This document shows positions 10,014-21,940 of a stretch of DNA of 64,000 nucleotides, piece by piece. The translations under genes were made by a program, and so were the position numbers. The number at the start of each line of letters is the position of its first letter. Position 1 is the stretch's first letter. The stretch is from NCBI GenBank assembly GCA_964430265.1, contig CAYSEI010000005.1, positions 14,784 to 78,783 on the forward strand, written 5' to 3'. The DNA comes from an uncultured Pseudomonadales bacterium (GTDB taxonomy: Bacteria; Patescibacteriota; Microgenomatia; UBA1400; CAYXSR01). The notes below the pieces were generated by a model that did not search any database, was not told the DNA's origin, and was given only the letters and a program-made list of their open reading frames with translations.

Positions 10014-11930
10014 TTATAAACTTGCCCCCCAGCAATCAAAGAGCCCTAATAATTCTTTCATTCCAAAACCATTGCCCCAGTTATTAAAAACTATTAACAA
10101 ATCAGCAATATCAATCACAGAATTTGAATTATCGTAATTAAAAGCAGAACAAATACTTCCTCCACCTGTATATTTCACCCAGTCAATTCTTATATCACAA
10201 TCATCATGGTCATTGCAGATATCAATATATTCAACTTCTGCATTGATAGAAACACCATTAATACCACGCTGGTTCAGGTTATTACCAGCAACCTCCCAAT
10301 ATTCTAACCCCGTCTTTTTAATATACACATCAAGATCATTGCAGCCATTTTTTCCTCCACCTTCACATTTAGTTCCTTCATTATCAGCTAATGATTTTAT
10401 AAAAAAGTCATTGATTCTCATTCCATTGGCATTGAACCTTACACACTGACCAGTTGTTTCACTGTCTCCATCTGAAGTATTATGCTTACATGAACCGCTT
10501 TGATCAATACAGTACAAATCTCCGCCGTTATTGCAGTCTTGTGCAACAGTATTATCATTTCTGCATCCTGTTCCTGTTGCTCCACAATTGAGCTTGCTTA
10601 GTTTTGGGTTTGCACACACTGCATCATTAGGAACAGCGTATGACTCTACTGGGCAAGAATCTCCTTTCCCACCACCACCGCCGCCATCTCCACCGCCACC
10701 ACCAGGAGGACAACATAAATGATTGTCCATGTTATCTCCATCACCCGTACAATATGAATGGTTTTTTCTACAATCATCCCACTCACACCAATCACAATTG
10801 CCAACACACCAGCCCCCATCACACTTTCCGCCACCACCGCCGCCGCCGTCTCCACCACCATTTCCTCCAGTATAAACACATTCACTATAATCAGATTTCC
10901 ACTCATATCCAGCCGGTGGATAAGCCTGACAGTTAACAGCCCCAGAAGTTCCTTCAGTTTTACCACAACCCTCATGGCCAGGACAATGATCAGTCAAACA
11001 CTGGACCGCACAACCACTCTTTTTTGCAGAACCGCAATCAGAATCACTCTGGCATGCATCTCCAGGATCTATTCCACCACCATCCCCACCATCTCCTCCA
11101 TCACCACTATCTCCACCACAAATATTAGCACAACCTTCTGGTTTGTTAGCATCCGTACAATCCCATTCTTGATAACAAACACAGTAATCATACCCACAAT
11201 CTTTACGTGTTTGAGAGCTTATCTTCTGGGCACATTTTTGTCTTGACACATCAAGAAAGAAGTCTTTAGGACTGGTCTTCATACACATGTTTTTTTTAGA
11301 TCCACAAATATCAGCACATGTTGTGTCACCACAAAAATTTTCACAAATACCTGGCAAATTGGAATCATTACAATTCCAATATTTATAACACATTGAATAG
11401 TTAGCATCCATATCCTTACAACTTCCTGAAGGTTTCCAAACAGATTCAATATGCATAATACCACTATGAAACTTGTAACAACCAATAGATTCGTTACTGC
11501 ATCCAATATTATATCCACTTGAACAACTTCTTGTCCCATTATCATCTTCATCCGGGAAACAGCAACCATTACATTCATCTGAAAAATTAATCCATTCTAT
11601 GCACACATGATTATCTGAAGGCTTAGGTTTTGTACACTTATTATCATCTACTAATTTCATCATATACCTACCAATATCTTCTTTGCCATCACATATATTT
11701 GTATTTCTCGAATCTGCCAGCCAACCTGTTGATTTTATCTCGGCTTTACATCCAGGCGAACAATTACCTTGTTGTGTATATACTTCCGGCTGGCGTTTTT
11801 GCATTGAGTCTTGTTGCAAAAAAGTCATTCCCGTACCTACAATTAAAGAAAAAATAATAACATAAGGAATTAACTTGAAGGGAGAGATTAATTTTTTTGA
11901 TTTTTCAATATGAATGTTAACAGGTTTCAT
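10014..11930 (-). CDS. Very Cys- and Gly-rich secreted protein with a C-terminal dockerin-like domain (paralog of 11971..13389)
   Basis: 638 aa; N-terminal signal anchor with PEVYTQQ; poly (GGD)n and GGGGGG tracts; more than 70 Cys; C-terminus FNYDNSNSVIDIADLLIVFNNWGNGFGMKELLGLFDCWG. Confidence 0.45.
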   Translation of the reverse strand: MKPVNIHIEKSKKLISPFKLIPYVIIFSLIVGTGMTFLQQDSMQKRQPEVYTQQGNCSPGCKAEIKSTGWLADSRNTNICDGKEDIGRYMMKLVDDNKCTKPKPSDNHVCIEWINFSDECNGCCFPDEDDNGTRSCSSGYNIGCSNESIGCYKFHSGIMHIESVWKPSGSCKDMDANYSMCYKYWNCNDSNLPGICENFCGDTTCADICGSKKNMCMKTSPKDFFLDVSRQKCAQKISSQTRKDCGYDYCVCYQEWDCTDANKPEGCANICGGDSGDGGDGGDGGGIDPGDACQSDSDCGSAKKSGCAVQCLTDHCPGHEGCGKTEGTSGAVNCQAYPPAGYEWKSDYSECVYTGGNGGGDGGGGGGGKCDGGWCVGNCDWCEWDDCRKNHSYCTGDGDNMDNHLCCPPGGGGGDGGGGGGKGDSCPVESYAVPNDAVCANPKLSKLNCGATGTGCRNDNTVAQDCNNGGDLYCIDQSGSCKHNTSDGDSETTGQCVRFNANGMRINDFFIKSLADNEGTKCEGGGKNGCNDLDVYIKKTGLEYWEVAGNNLNQRGINGVSINAEVEYIDICNDHDDCDIRIDWVKYTGGGSICSAFNYDNSNSVIDIADLLIVFNNWGNGFGMKELLGLFDCWGASL

Positions 11931-11970
11931 TAATATTAAGACTATCTTTTAAAAAAACAAATGTCAAACT

Positions 11971-13389
11971 CTAAATTTGTTTACCCCAGCAATCAAAGAG
12001 CCCCAACAATTCTTGCATTCCAAAATGATTGCCCCAGTTGTTCAAAAGAAATAATAAATCCGAAATGTCTATTACAGAATTTGCATTATCGTAATTAAAA
12101 GCTTTACACCCACTAACACAATTACCATTTTCACAAGTTTCACCATCATTACACAAAGAACCTTCATCAATAACTCCATCACAATCATTATCCTCACCAT
12201 CACAAACTTCATTTTCCACCAAACAGCAAGCACCTTCTAAACAAACCTCACCATCTCCACAAGCCAATATACGTGGATCTGCATCATTACAGTCTTCAGG
12301 TCCACATTCTTCTCCATCTGGTGAATACGCATCTCCATCTTTATCTGTACAACAAATACCAGAAAAACATTGTTCATCTCCATTGCAGCTACCACAATTT
12401 AAAGTTCCGCCACAACCATCAGCAAAAGCTCCACATTCATATCCCAACTCCTGACAAGTATCTGGAATGCAAGTATTACAGCAGCAAGTATAATCAACCC
12501 CAGCTAATTGCGGTGCTTTATAGCAATCCTGTGTATATCCCTGGATAGCAACGCCTCCATTCTCACAAATTTGCGGGTCCATAATTACTTGATATTGATC
12601 ACAATAGCCACCTTCAGTATAGCCTGCTTCAGCACATAACTCTTCACAGCTCTGAGGATATTCTACACAGATGCATCCAGCTTCACAAAATCCTCTCGGA
12701 CATTGTTCTCCACTATCCAGACAACCATACATACATTCTCCTCCTGCACAACTTTCTGTTGTGCAAGGATTATTATCATTACAAGTCCCGCAGTTCAAGG
12801 TTCCCCCGCAGCCATCGCTAGGCTGTCCACACACATAGCCAAGTTCATCACATGTTTTAGGTACACAATCTTCTTTGCCCGTCATTTTAAACCTAGCAGT
12901 CCGTTTCCAGTTTCCACTCGGAAGATTAAAAGCAAAAGAACATCCCTCTCCTGAGTTGACAGTAGTATTGTTTTCAATATCCACTACCCACCATTCACAG
13001 GAATCATAAGTAAGATCAGGATCAAGACTTAAAGTACAGGTTACTTGTCCTGCATCACAATTAAGTTCATTAAAATGTCCGCCAAAATCATCATTTATAT
13101 TTGACCATCTAACATCTCCACAACAAGTAACAGAGATATTTGCCTGCGGAGCGCTTCCTTGTCCATATGGAGTCCAACGCTGGCTTCCCGTATCTTCAGC
13201 CAGAATTACACCATTAAAATAGTTGTAAATTGTTTGCTGATAAATCTCTGGTTCTTGAATTTCATTGATTGCTTCTTTTTTTGATAAAAAACTCATACCA
13301 GTCCCAATAATTACGGAAAAAACAAAAACCATTGCTAAGATTTCTAAAGGAGTGGTTATTTTATCATTATGGTTTTGGACAGATTTCAT
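11971..13389 (-). CDS. Cys-rich secreted protein with repeated C-x-ELGY-x-CG-x4-DGCGGTLNCG modules, a MopE-like CDGEDNDCDGVIDEG motif and a C-terminal dockerin-like domain
   Basis: 472 aa; N-terminal anchor VFSVIIGTGMSFL plus PEIYQQ; C-terminus FNYDNANSVIDISDLLFLLNNWGNHFGMQELLGLFDCWG is nearly identical to the C-terminus of the 638-aa neighbour. Confidence 0.45.
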   Translation of the reverse strand: MKSVQNHNDKITTPLEILAMVFVFSVIIGTGMSFLSKKEAINEIQEPEIYQQTIYNYFNGVILAEDTGSQRWTPYGQGSAPQANISVTCCGDVRWSNINDDFGGHFNELNCDAGQVTCTLSLDPDLTYDSCEWWVVDIENNTTVNSGEGCSFAFNLPSGNWKRTARFKMTGKEDCVPKTCDELGYVCGQPSDGCGGTLNCGTCNDNNPCTTESCAGGECMYGCLDSGEQCPRGFCEAGCICVEYPQSCEELCAEAGYTEGGYCDQYQVIMDPQICENGGVAIQGYTQDCYKAPQLAGVDYTCCCNTCIPDTCQELGYECGAFADGCGGTLNCGSCNGDEQCFSGICCTDKDGDAYSPDGEECGPEDCNDADPRILACGDGEVCLEGACCLVENEVCDGEDNDCDGVIDEGSLCNDGETCENGNCVSGCKAFNYDNANSVIDISDLLFLLNNWGNHFGMQELLGLFDCWGKQI

Positions 13390-13407
13390 TATGTATATGT
13401 AAAAAAA

Positions 13408-14892
13408 TTAAAATTTATCTTTTTGTTCATTAAAAAGAATTTCCTCAAATCCTTTTTTTTCTCTTGTTTTGTGATTACTTATCTTTGTTAAGCTGATTCT
13501 TTTAACTTCATAGGGGTTCATTGTTAAATCTAATTTCCATTCCGAATCAGAAAAATCTTCTATTCTTTCAGAAGGCTGGCTAAAAAGATCCTGCTCAAAA
13601 AACCGGTATTTACCTCCAGCAAGATCTTTAAAAGTCAAACTGAAATTTTCTGTCTGTGGTACATTTTTTGAATAATTACTTAAAATTACAGTTAATGTGC
13701 GGTCATTTTTAACTGCAAATCCCTTGACATTACTACCTTCTCCCGTCAACACAACTCTTTTTCCCTGCAAATCGCTTAACCAGCTGTATATATAGTAGCG
13801 GGGTTTTTCTTTGATCCCTTCAGATTCATGAGTTAAAAGCCCCCAACCTTTGTTCCCCTGTCCTACACCATCTTTTATTTCAAATGTATATGCATACCTT
13901 ACTTTATCCAATAATTTACGTAGTGTATTCACTGCATGCGACGCTGACACCATTTTCGAATAATTTTCATCCTTAGATGAGTTTGGCCCCCATTCCGTAA
14001 TAATTTTTTCAGTTCCTGCAAATTCACTATACTTTTCCTGGCTTGTTAAAACATTAACTTCATAAACGTCCTGCACAAAAACATCCGGGTTGTATGAATA
14101 CCTATGCCAGGAAATAAAATCCAAACGTATACCGTTTTTCAATACATAGTCAAAAAGCATTTTTATCCATGTCGGATCCATCTCCGGAATTGACGGACCG
14201 CCGATTTTAAATTCCTTTACCCCCGCCGCTGCTTGAGCCCCTTTTACAGAGTAAAGATACAATTCCCGGTAGTCTTTTTTTCCAGACATTTTCCATCCGC
14301 CAAATGAATCAAGACTTGGTTCATTCCAAACCTCATAATATATATTATCTACCTGGCGGGAATAATGTTCCACAGTTCTTTTTACCAATCTTTCCCAGTC
14401 TCTCCAGTTATCTGGTTTTCCTGTTTTTGTTTCTGCAATTTCACTTGGCATATATGAAAGAACCAGCATTGGCTTGGCTCCAGAGGATAAAATGTCGTTT
14501 ACTGTTTTGTCTAATTTTCCCCAACTCAGATTTAAAGTTCCATCACTGTTTCTTCCTTGAACTACATTATAATAGTCATCATCATATATATGATCTAAAC
14601 GCACATAATCAGGATTTAACCGCTTTATCTGTGGAACTGCCGCACCAAGCATTTCTTTACCAGGTTCTTCTCCTCCTTGGGCAAAAGCACTCCAAACTTG
14701 ATTAACTGGACCTATCTCCTTGTTAGGCTGCACAACAATAGCCGCAGGATAATATGGAGTTTCAACAAAAATTTGTGGTATTTTTATATTTATCTTTTTT
14801 TCAATCCACCAGATTTCAAAACAAATAAACAGAAAAAACGTTGCTAAAATACCAATTAAAATTTTTTTTATATTGTTTTCTATAAAAGTCAT
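13408..14892 (-). CDS. Membrane-anchored glycoside hydrolase, clan GH-A (GH39/GH5-like)
   Basis: N-terminal TM; catalytic acid/base motif YYEVWNEPS, the ISWHRYS block and nucleotide-free nucleophile motif ITEWGPN typical of clan GH-A (beta/alpha)8 hydrolases. Confidence 0.6.
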   Translation of the reverse strand: MTFIENNIKKILIGILATFFLFICFEIWWIEKKINIKIPQIFVETPYYPAAIVVQPNKEIGPVNQVWSAFAQGGEEPGKEMLGAAVPQIKRLNPDYVRLDHIYDDDYYNVVQGRNSDGTLNLSWGKLDKTVNDILSSGAKPMLVLSYMPSEIAETKTGKPDNWRDWERLVKRTVEHYSRQVDNIYYEVWNEPSLDSFGGWKMSGKKDYRELYLYSVKGAQAAAGVKEFKIGGPSIPEMDPTWIKMLFDYVLKNGIRLDFISWHRYSYNPDVFVQDVYEVNVLTSQEKYSEFAGTEKIITEWGPNSSKDENYSKMVSASHAVNTLRKLLDKVRYAYTFEIKDGVGQGNKGWGLLTHESEGIKEKPRYYIYSWLSDLQGKRVVLTGEGSNVKGFAVKNDRTLTVILSNYSKNVPQTENFSLTFKDLAGGKYRFFEQDLFSQPSERIEDFSDSEWKLDLTMNPYEVKRISLTKISNHKTREKKGFEEILFNEQKDKF

Positions 14893-14896
14893 TTTT

Positions 14897-15460
14897 TTAC
14901 TTATTGAGTATAATATTTGCTCCCTGTATTTCTTCCAAAATATCTGTACCTTCCATTGATATTAAATTAGAGTCAAGCAAGCTTTGCTTATTAAAATCAA
15001 ACTCAATTTCAGCACTGCCCGTACTTATTGGCAAAAAATATATTTCCTTAACCAAAAATTCGTTTTCTTCTTTTCCAGTCAATTGTTTTGAGTATTCAAT
15101 TAGCCCAATCTTCTCATTTACTTGCACATCACTACTAAGCACCTGTAGAAGGTCTGAAGGATAAAATATTTTTAAATCTACTTTTTTTAAAGGTTGATCT
15201 GTCTCTGCATAAAATCCGAGAGAAAATTGTTTTGCAAATCTTGCTTCGGACGGTTCTATTCTTAAACGTCCTCCCTGAGGTAATTTTTCTTGAATATCCT
15301 TTTCATGAATATCTGAAGTTTCTTTTACTGCCTGCTGTGGAAGCTGCTGCGGGGTTCTTTGTTCTTCTAAAACAGGCATCCTAAAGGAAACCCATAAAGA
15401 TTGTACTATTATTAAAACAGAAAATATCCATAAATAATAATCTTTTTTAATTTCAAGCAT
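14897..15460 (-). CDS. Small membrane-anchored protein with a cohesin-like region (first gene of the island operon)
   Basis: N-terminal TM WIFSVLIIVQSLWVSF; LKKVDLKIFYPSDLLQVLSSDV...AEIEFDF resembles cohesin-core strands. Confidence 0.35.
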   Translation of the reverse strand: MLEIKKDYYLWIFSVLIIVQSLWVSFRMPVLEEQRTPQQLPQQAVKETSDIHEKDIQEKLPQGGRLRIEPSEARFAKQFSLGFYAETDQPLKKVDLKIFYPSDLLQVLSSDVQVNEKIGLIEYSKQLTGKEENEFLVKEIYFLPISTGSAEIEFDFNKQSLLDSNLISMEGTDILEEIQGANIILNK

Positions 15461-15467
15461 TATTTTA

Positions 15468-15511
15468 ATATTAAATCATTTTTGTTTTTTAATCAAAATA
15501 TGATAAAATTA
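15468..15511. promoter_or_regulatory. Divergent promoter region: minus-strand TTGATT-17-TAATAT for the island operon; plus-strand TTGTTT plus extended -10 TGATAAAAT for tRNA-Ile
   Basis: Minus strand: -35 at 15491..15496, 17-bp spacer, -10 at 15468..15473, ATG at 15460. Plus strand: TGnTAAAAT at 15501..15509, 11 nt before the tRNA start. Confidence 0.35.
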
Positions 15512-15520
15512 TGGATGTTC

Positions 15521-15592
15521 GGGCAGATAGTTCAGTGGTAGAACGCTGTCCTGATAAGACAGAGGTCGGAGGTTCGATCCCTTCTCTGCCCA
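15521..15592 (+). tRNA. tRNA-Ile (anticodon GAT), oriented opposite to the flanking rRNA genes
   Basis: GGGCAGATAGTTCAGTGGTAGAACGCTGTCCTGATAAGACAGAGGTCGGAGGTTCGATCCCTTCTCTGCCCA; cloverleaf with anticodon loop CTGATAA. Confidence 0.9.
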
Positions 15593-15625
15593 CAAAAAAA
15601 GACTCCAAATCGGAGTCTTTTTTTT
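15593..15625. terminator. Bidirectional rho-independent terminator (ends tRNA-Ile on + and 16S on -)
   Basis: A7-GACTCC-AAAT-CGGAGTC-T8: hairpin flanked by an A-run and a T-run. Confidence 0.7.
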
Positions 15626-15693
15626 ATTAGTTGACAATCTCAAAAAGCGGTAGGAAGAAATTTGCTTGTTAAAACAAGCAAAATAAACTCTTA

Positions 15694-17204
<1,511 letters not shown>

Positions 17205-17320
17205 TTTGAGACAAGAATTTTTAAATAACTATAAAAACTCTTGAAAAAATAGAAAGATATTATTTTATCTTCCTACCACTTTTTGAAATTGTCAACGAGC
17301 TAAACGCTTTGAAAAGAGAC

Positions 17321-17347
17321 AAAAAAACCCGCTAAGAGAGGCGGGTA
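17321..17347 (-). terminator. Rho-independent terminator downstream of ligT
   Basis: Minus strand reads CCCGCCTCTCTTAGCGGG followed by TTTTTTT. Confidence 0.6.
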
Positions 17348-17429
17348 TAAATTTCTCTTAGCTAGTAAAGGGTTTTCTACATTAATGTCTCCTTTTTCAA
17401 AGCACCTTTATTTTACCAATTTCTGTATA

Positions 17430-17996
17430 TTAGTCAAGCCTAAAACTGGCAATTTTACTATGCACAGATCCGCTTGTTAAAGTTTTACTTTTATAAATAT
17501 ATACCTTGTTAACAAATATTTCCGCGCTTAAATCCATTTCTCTCAAAGCTTTTACCTGTCTACCAATCTCTCTTTTATGTGCAGCACGCGCTCTTTTAAC
17601 TCTGCCAATGGTTATGTGCGGACGAAAAGGTCTTTTATCAAACTGAAAGTCTTTTTCATGCAATTCTTTGGCAATGTTTTTCTGCATTTTTGCCAGGCTG
17701 TGCAGATCTCCCTTCAATCCCAGCCACAAAACTTTAGGCCAGTCAAAATCCGGAAAAACCCCTAGCCCTTTTAAAGAAATTTTAAAAGGAGAAAGATTTT
17801 TAATTCCTTTATTAACTGCTTGTTTTAGTTCAGGTAAACGAGGTTTTTTAATGTTGCCAATAAAAACTAGGGTTAAATGCAGCTTTCCTGTTTTAACCCA
17901 TTTAGCTTTCCAATGCTTTTCTTTTAAATCTTCTATTAAAGCTTTAACTTCTTTTCTTGCTGGTTTGGACAAGTCAACAGCAATAAATGTTCTCAT
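17430..17996 (-). CDS. thpR: RNA 2',3'-cyclic phosphodiesterase / 2'-5' RNA ligase (LigT/ThpR)
   Basis: Two H-x-T-x motifs (HLTLVF, HITIGR) in a 188-aa 2H phosphoesterase fold. Confidence 0.8.
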   Translation of the reverse strand: MRTFIAVDLSKPARKEVKALIEDLKEKHWKAKWVKTGKLHLTLVFIGNIKKPRLPELKQAVNKGIKNLSPFKISLKGLGVFPDFDWPKVLWLGLKGDLHSLAKMQKNIAKELHEKDFQFDKRPFRPHITIGRVKRARAAHKREIGRQVKALREMDLSAEIFVNKVYIYKSKTLTSGSVHSKIASFRLD

Positions 17997-19495
17997 ATAA
18001 GAGATTTACCTGTCATTTCTTTGGCTTTTTTTAAACCTAAAATATCTAAAATAGTCGGAGCTAAATCTTGTAAACTTCCCTTGTCACGGTTTAGTTTTTT
18101 GTATTTATTACTAATCAAAATAAAAGGAATCGGGTTAGTTGTATGGGCAGTTTTAACATCTCCTGTCTCCGGCTCAAGCATTTCTTCTGCGTTTCCATGA
18201 TCTGCCGTGATTATAATCGAATAGTCATTTTTTAATCCTTCATTAACTATTTTCCCAATTGCCTGATCAACTGTCTCCAATCCTTTGATTGCTGCGTCAA
18301 TATTTCCTGTATGTCCTACCATATCTCCATTACAAAGATTAGTAAATATTATTGGATGCCTTTTCTCTTTAATGTCCTCAATAATTTCTTTAGTGATATC
18401 CGGAGTACGCATTTCCGGCTTTTTGTCATATGTATCAATATCACTAAAAGAATCAAGCATAATCCGGTCCTCACCTTCAAAAGGCGCTTCGCGCTTACAG
18501 TTTAAAAAGAAGGTTAAATGTGCAAATTTTTCTGTCTCAGTAATCCGTAGCTGTTTTAATCCAGCATCAGAAATTAACTCACCTAATGAGTTTTTTACCT
18601 TAACAGGAGGAAAAGCAACTTTCACCTCATAATCAGGACTATAACGTGTCATAGTCACGTATTCTAAATTATCAGGACCTTTCTCCAGAAATCTTTCAGT
18701 TAACTGGCGCGGCCTGTCATTTCTAAAATTAACAAAAACCACCGCATCATCAGAAGAAATTGTTCCTTGTTCACCTTCCTGAACTTCAATTAATGCCGGT
18801 TTGATAAACTCATCTGTAATTCCATTTTTGTATGCTGCATCTACTGCTTGTTCAACAGTCTTATAAACTTTTCCGTTACCTCTAGTCAAAACTTCAAAAC
18901 TTTTGTCAGTTCTTTCCCAGTTTTTGTTTCTGTCCATTGCATAATAACGTCCGGATATTGATGCAATTTTTCCTACACCAATTTCCTTTATTCGCTCTTC
19001 CAATTCTCTGATATATCTTTTGGCACTTTGGGGAGGAACGTCCCTTCCATCAGTAAAAACATGTATATATATATCTTCAATTCCATACATCTTTGCACCC
19101 TTAAGCAATGCATAAACATGCTCCTGGTGAGAATGAACTCCTCCCGGACTAATTAATCCTTTGATGTGCAAAATAGAATTATTTTCTTTAACGTGTTTAA
19201 AAGCAGAAATAATTGCTTTATTGTTAAAAAAAGATTGGTTTTTAATCGACTTGTTTATTCTTACCAAATCCTGGAAAATTACTCTTCCGGCACCAATAGT
19301 CATGTGGTTTACTTCTGAAGTACCCATCTGTCCTTTAGGAAGTCCAACTGCCTCACCGGCAGATTGCAAAACTGCTCGGGGATATTTATGCCACAAATTA
19401 TCAAAATTATACGTTTCTGCTTTTTTTATGGCATTACCAGCTTCATTAGAAGACAAACCCCATCCGTCTAGTATTACACAAACTACTTTACTCAT
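17993..19495 (-). CDS. gpmI: 2,3-bisphosphoglycerate-independent phosphoglycerate mutase
   Basis: 500 aa; N-terminus VVCVILDGWGLS; metalloenzyme iPGM blocks (ADHGNAE). Confidence 0.9.
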   Translation of the reverse strand: MSKVVCVILDGWGLSSNEAGNAIKKAETYNFDNLWHKYPRAVLQSAGEAVGLPKGQMGTSEVNHMTIGAGRVIFQDLVRINKSIKNQSFFNNKAIISAFKHVKENNSILHIKGLISPGGVHSHQEHVYALLKGAKMYGIEDIYIHVFTDGRDVPPQSAKRYIRELEERIKEIGVGKIASISGRYYAMDRNKNWERTDKSFEVLTRGNGKVYKTVEQAVDAAYKNGITDEFIKPALIEVQEGEQGTISSDDAVVFVNFRNDRPRQLTERFLEKGPDNLEYVTMTRYSPDYEVKVAFPPVKVKNSLGELISDAGLKQLRITETEKFAHLTFFLNCKREAPFEGEDRIMLDSFSDIDTYDKKPEMRTPDITKEIIEDIKEKRHPIIFTNLCNGDMVGHTGNIDAAIKGLETVDQAIGKIVNEGLKNDYSIIITADHGNAEEMLEPETGDVKTAHTTNPIPFILISNKYKKLNRDKGSLQDLAPTILDILGLKKAKEMTGKSLI

Positions 19496-19498
19496 TTA

Positions 19499-20851
<1,353 letters not shown>

Positions 20852-21940
20852 TTAAGTTGAAAGATTAACTGTTTTCATTTTATCAAAAAATTCGTTTTCA
20901 ATTAAGCCTCTTTCTGCAGTAGTCATAATTGTTTGTTGTCTTTTAACCACATCAAAAACTTTTTCCCTGTGTTTCTTGTCCAATTCAGAAAAAATATCGT
21001 CAAGTAAAAGAACTGGACGTTCTTTTGTTTGTTTATTAATATATTCTAGTTCAAGAATTTTTAAATATAAAACTGCCATTCTCTGCTCGCCGCGGCTTCC
21101 ATACATGGAAAGATTTCTGTCTCCCTGCTCTTCGTGTTTATTAATTACAAAATCATCCCGGTGCGGACCAATTAGAGTATTTCCAGCATTAATTTCAGCC
21201 TCAAGATGCTTTTTTAAGGCCGGTTCACTAATTTTACTGCTTAGGTATTCAAAAAAAAGTGAATCATTATTATTGTTTATATAATCAATAAATTCTTCCC
21301 GTTTTCTATTAATATATTGTCCGTTTTTAACCAAAAGATTGTCCCAAAAATATAGCTGCGTTTTTTTCGCTTTCCCTTTAAAAATATTACTCAACAAACG
21401 GTTCCTCTGCCTCAACCCCTTGCTATAGGAAAGATTTACCCGAGCATATTCTCTGTCTATCTGTTCTAAAACTGAGTCCATATAGTTGCGTCTAACTGAA
21501 GGACTGCCAATTACAATCTCAATATCTTCCGGACGAAAAAGAACACAGCGTAAATTTCCTACAAAATCAGTTTTTTTCTTTTCCACACCATTAATTTTAA
21601 AAATCCTTTTGGGCGTACTTTTCCCCATTACTTCTCCTTTTGTCAAAGTAACTTCAAGTTCATCTTCATCATCCAAAAGTCCCTGAATATTTCCAACTTC
21701 ATTACCTTGCTTAATCATTTCTTCAATCAAAGTTGCTCGAAAACTGTTTCCAGTAGCTAATAAATACAAAGCTTCAATAATATTAGTTTTTCCTGAGGCA
21801 TTGGGACCAATAAACAAAGTTGTTGCAGCAGAAAATTGCCAATTTTTCTCTGGATAATTACGAAAGTTTTTTAGATATAGATTATTAATTTTCATTTTAA
21901 TTCTGGCATTTAGGACAGAAATAAGTGCCCCTGCCCCCAA
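20852..21940 (-). CDS. recF: DNA replication and repair protein RecF
   Basis: LKNFRNY...GPNASGKTNIIEALYLL Walker A, ABC-type signature, about 360 aa. Confidence 0.85.
   Translation of the reverse strand: MGAGALISVLNARIKMKINNLYLKNFRNYPEKNWQFSAATTLFIGPNASGKTNIIEALYLLATGNSFRATLIEEMIKQGNEVGNIQGLLDDEDELEVTLTKGEVMGKSTPKRIFKINGVEKKKTDFVGNLRCVLFRPEDIEIVIGSPSVRRNYMDSVLEQIDREYARVNLSYSKGLRQRNRLLSNIFKGKAKKTQLYFWDNLLVKNGQYINRKREEFIDYINNNNDSLFFEYLSSKISEPALKKHLEAEINAGNTLIGPHRDDFVINKHEEQGDRNLSMYGSRGEQRMAVLYLKILELEYINKQTKERPVLLLDDIFSELDKKHREKVFDVVKRQQTIMTTAERGLIENEFFDKMKTVNLST

Noticed and set aside
10640-11110. Short periodic GGT/GCC repeats (poly GGDGGD, GGGGGG) considered as a possible CRISPR or minisatellite
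   Set aside because: They are in-frame, coding low-complexity Gly/Asp tracts with no direct-repeat and spacer architecture. There are no cas genes.
10213-11865. Antisense ORFs (for example 10646..10975, 10758..11246, 11279..11578, 10640..10936) with His-, Thr- and Ile-rich low-complexity translations
   Set aside because: They are mirror-frame artefacts of the GGD/Cys-codon-rich sense gene 10014..11930. The sense frame has a signal anchor and coherent domain structure.
14304-14705. Plus-strand ORF 14304..14705 (133 aa) and similar antisense ORFs within housekeeping genes (for example 17668..18000, 18285..18632, 25890..26324, 36066..36506)
   Set aside because: They are fully embedded antisense to strongly conserved genes, with low-complexity or hydrophobic translations and no start-site signals.
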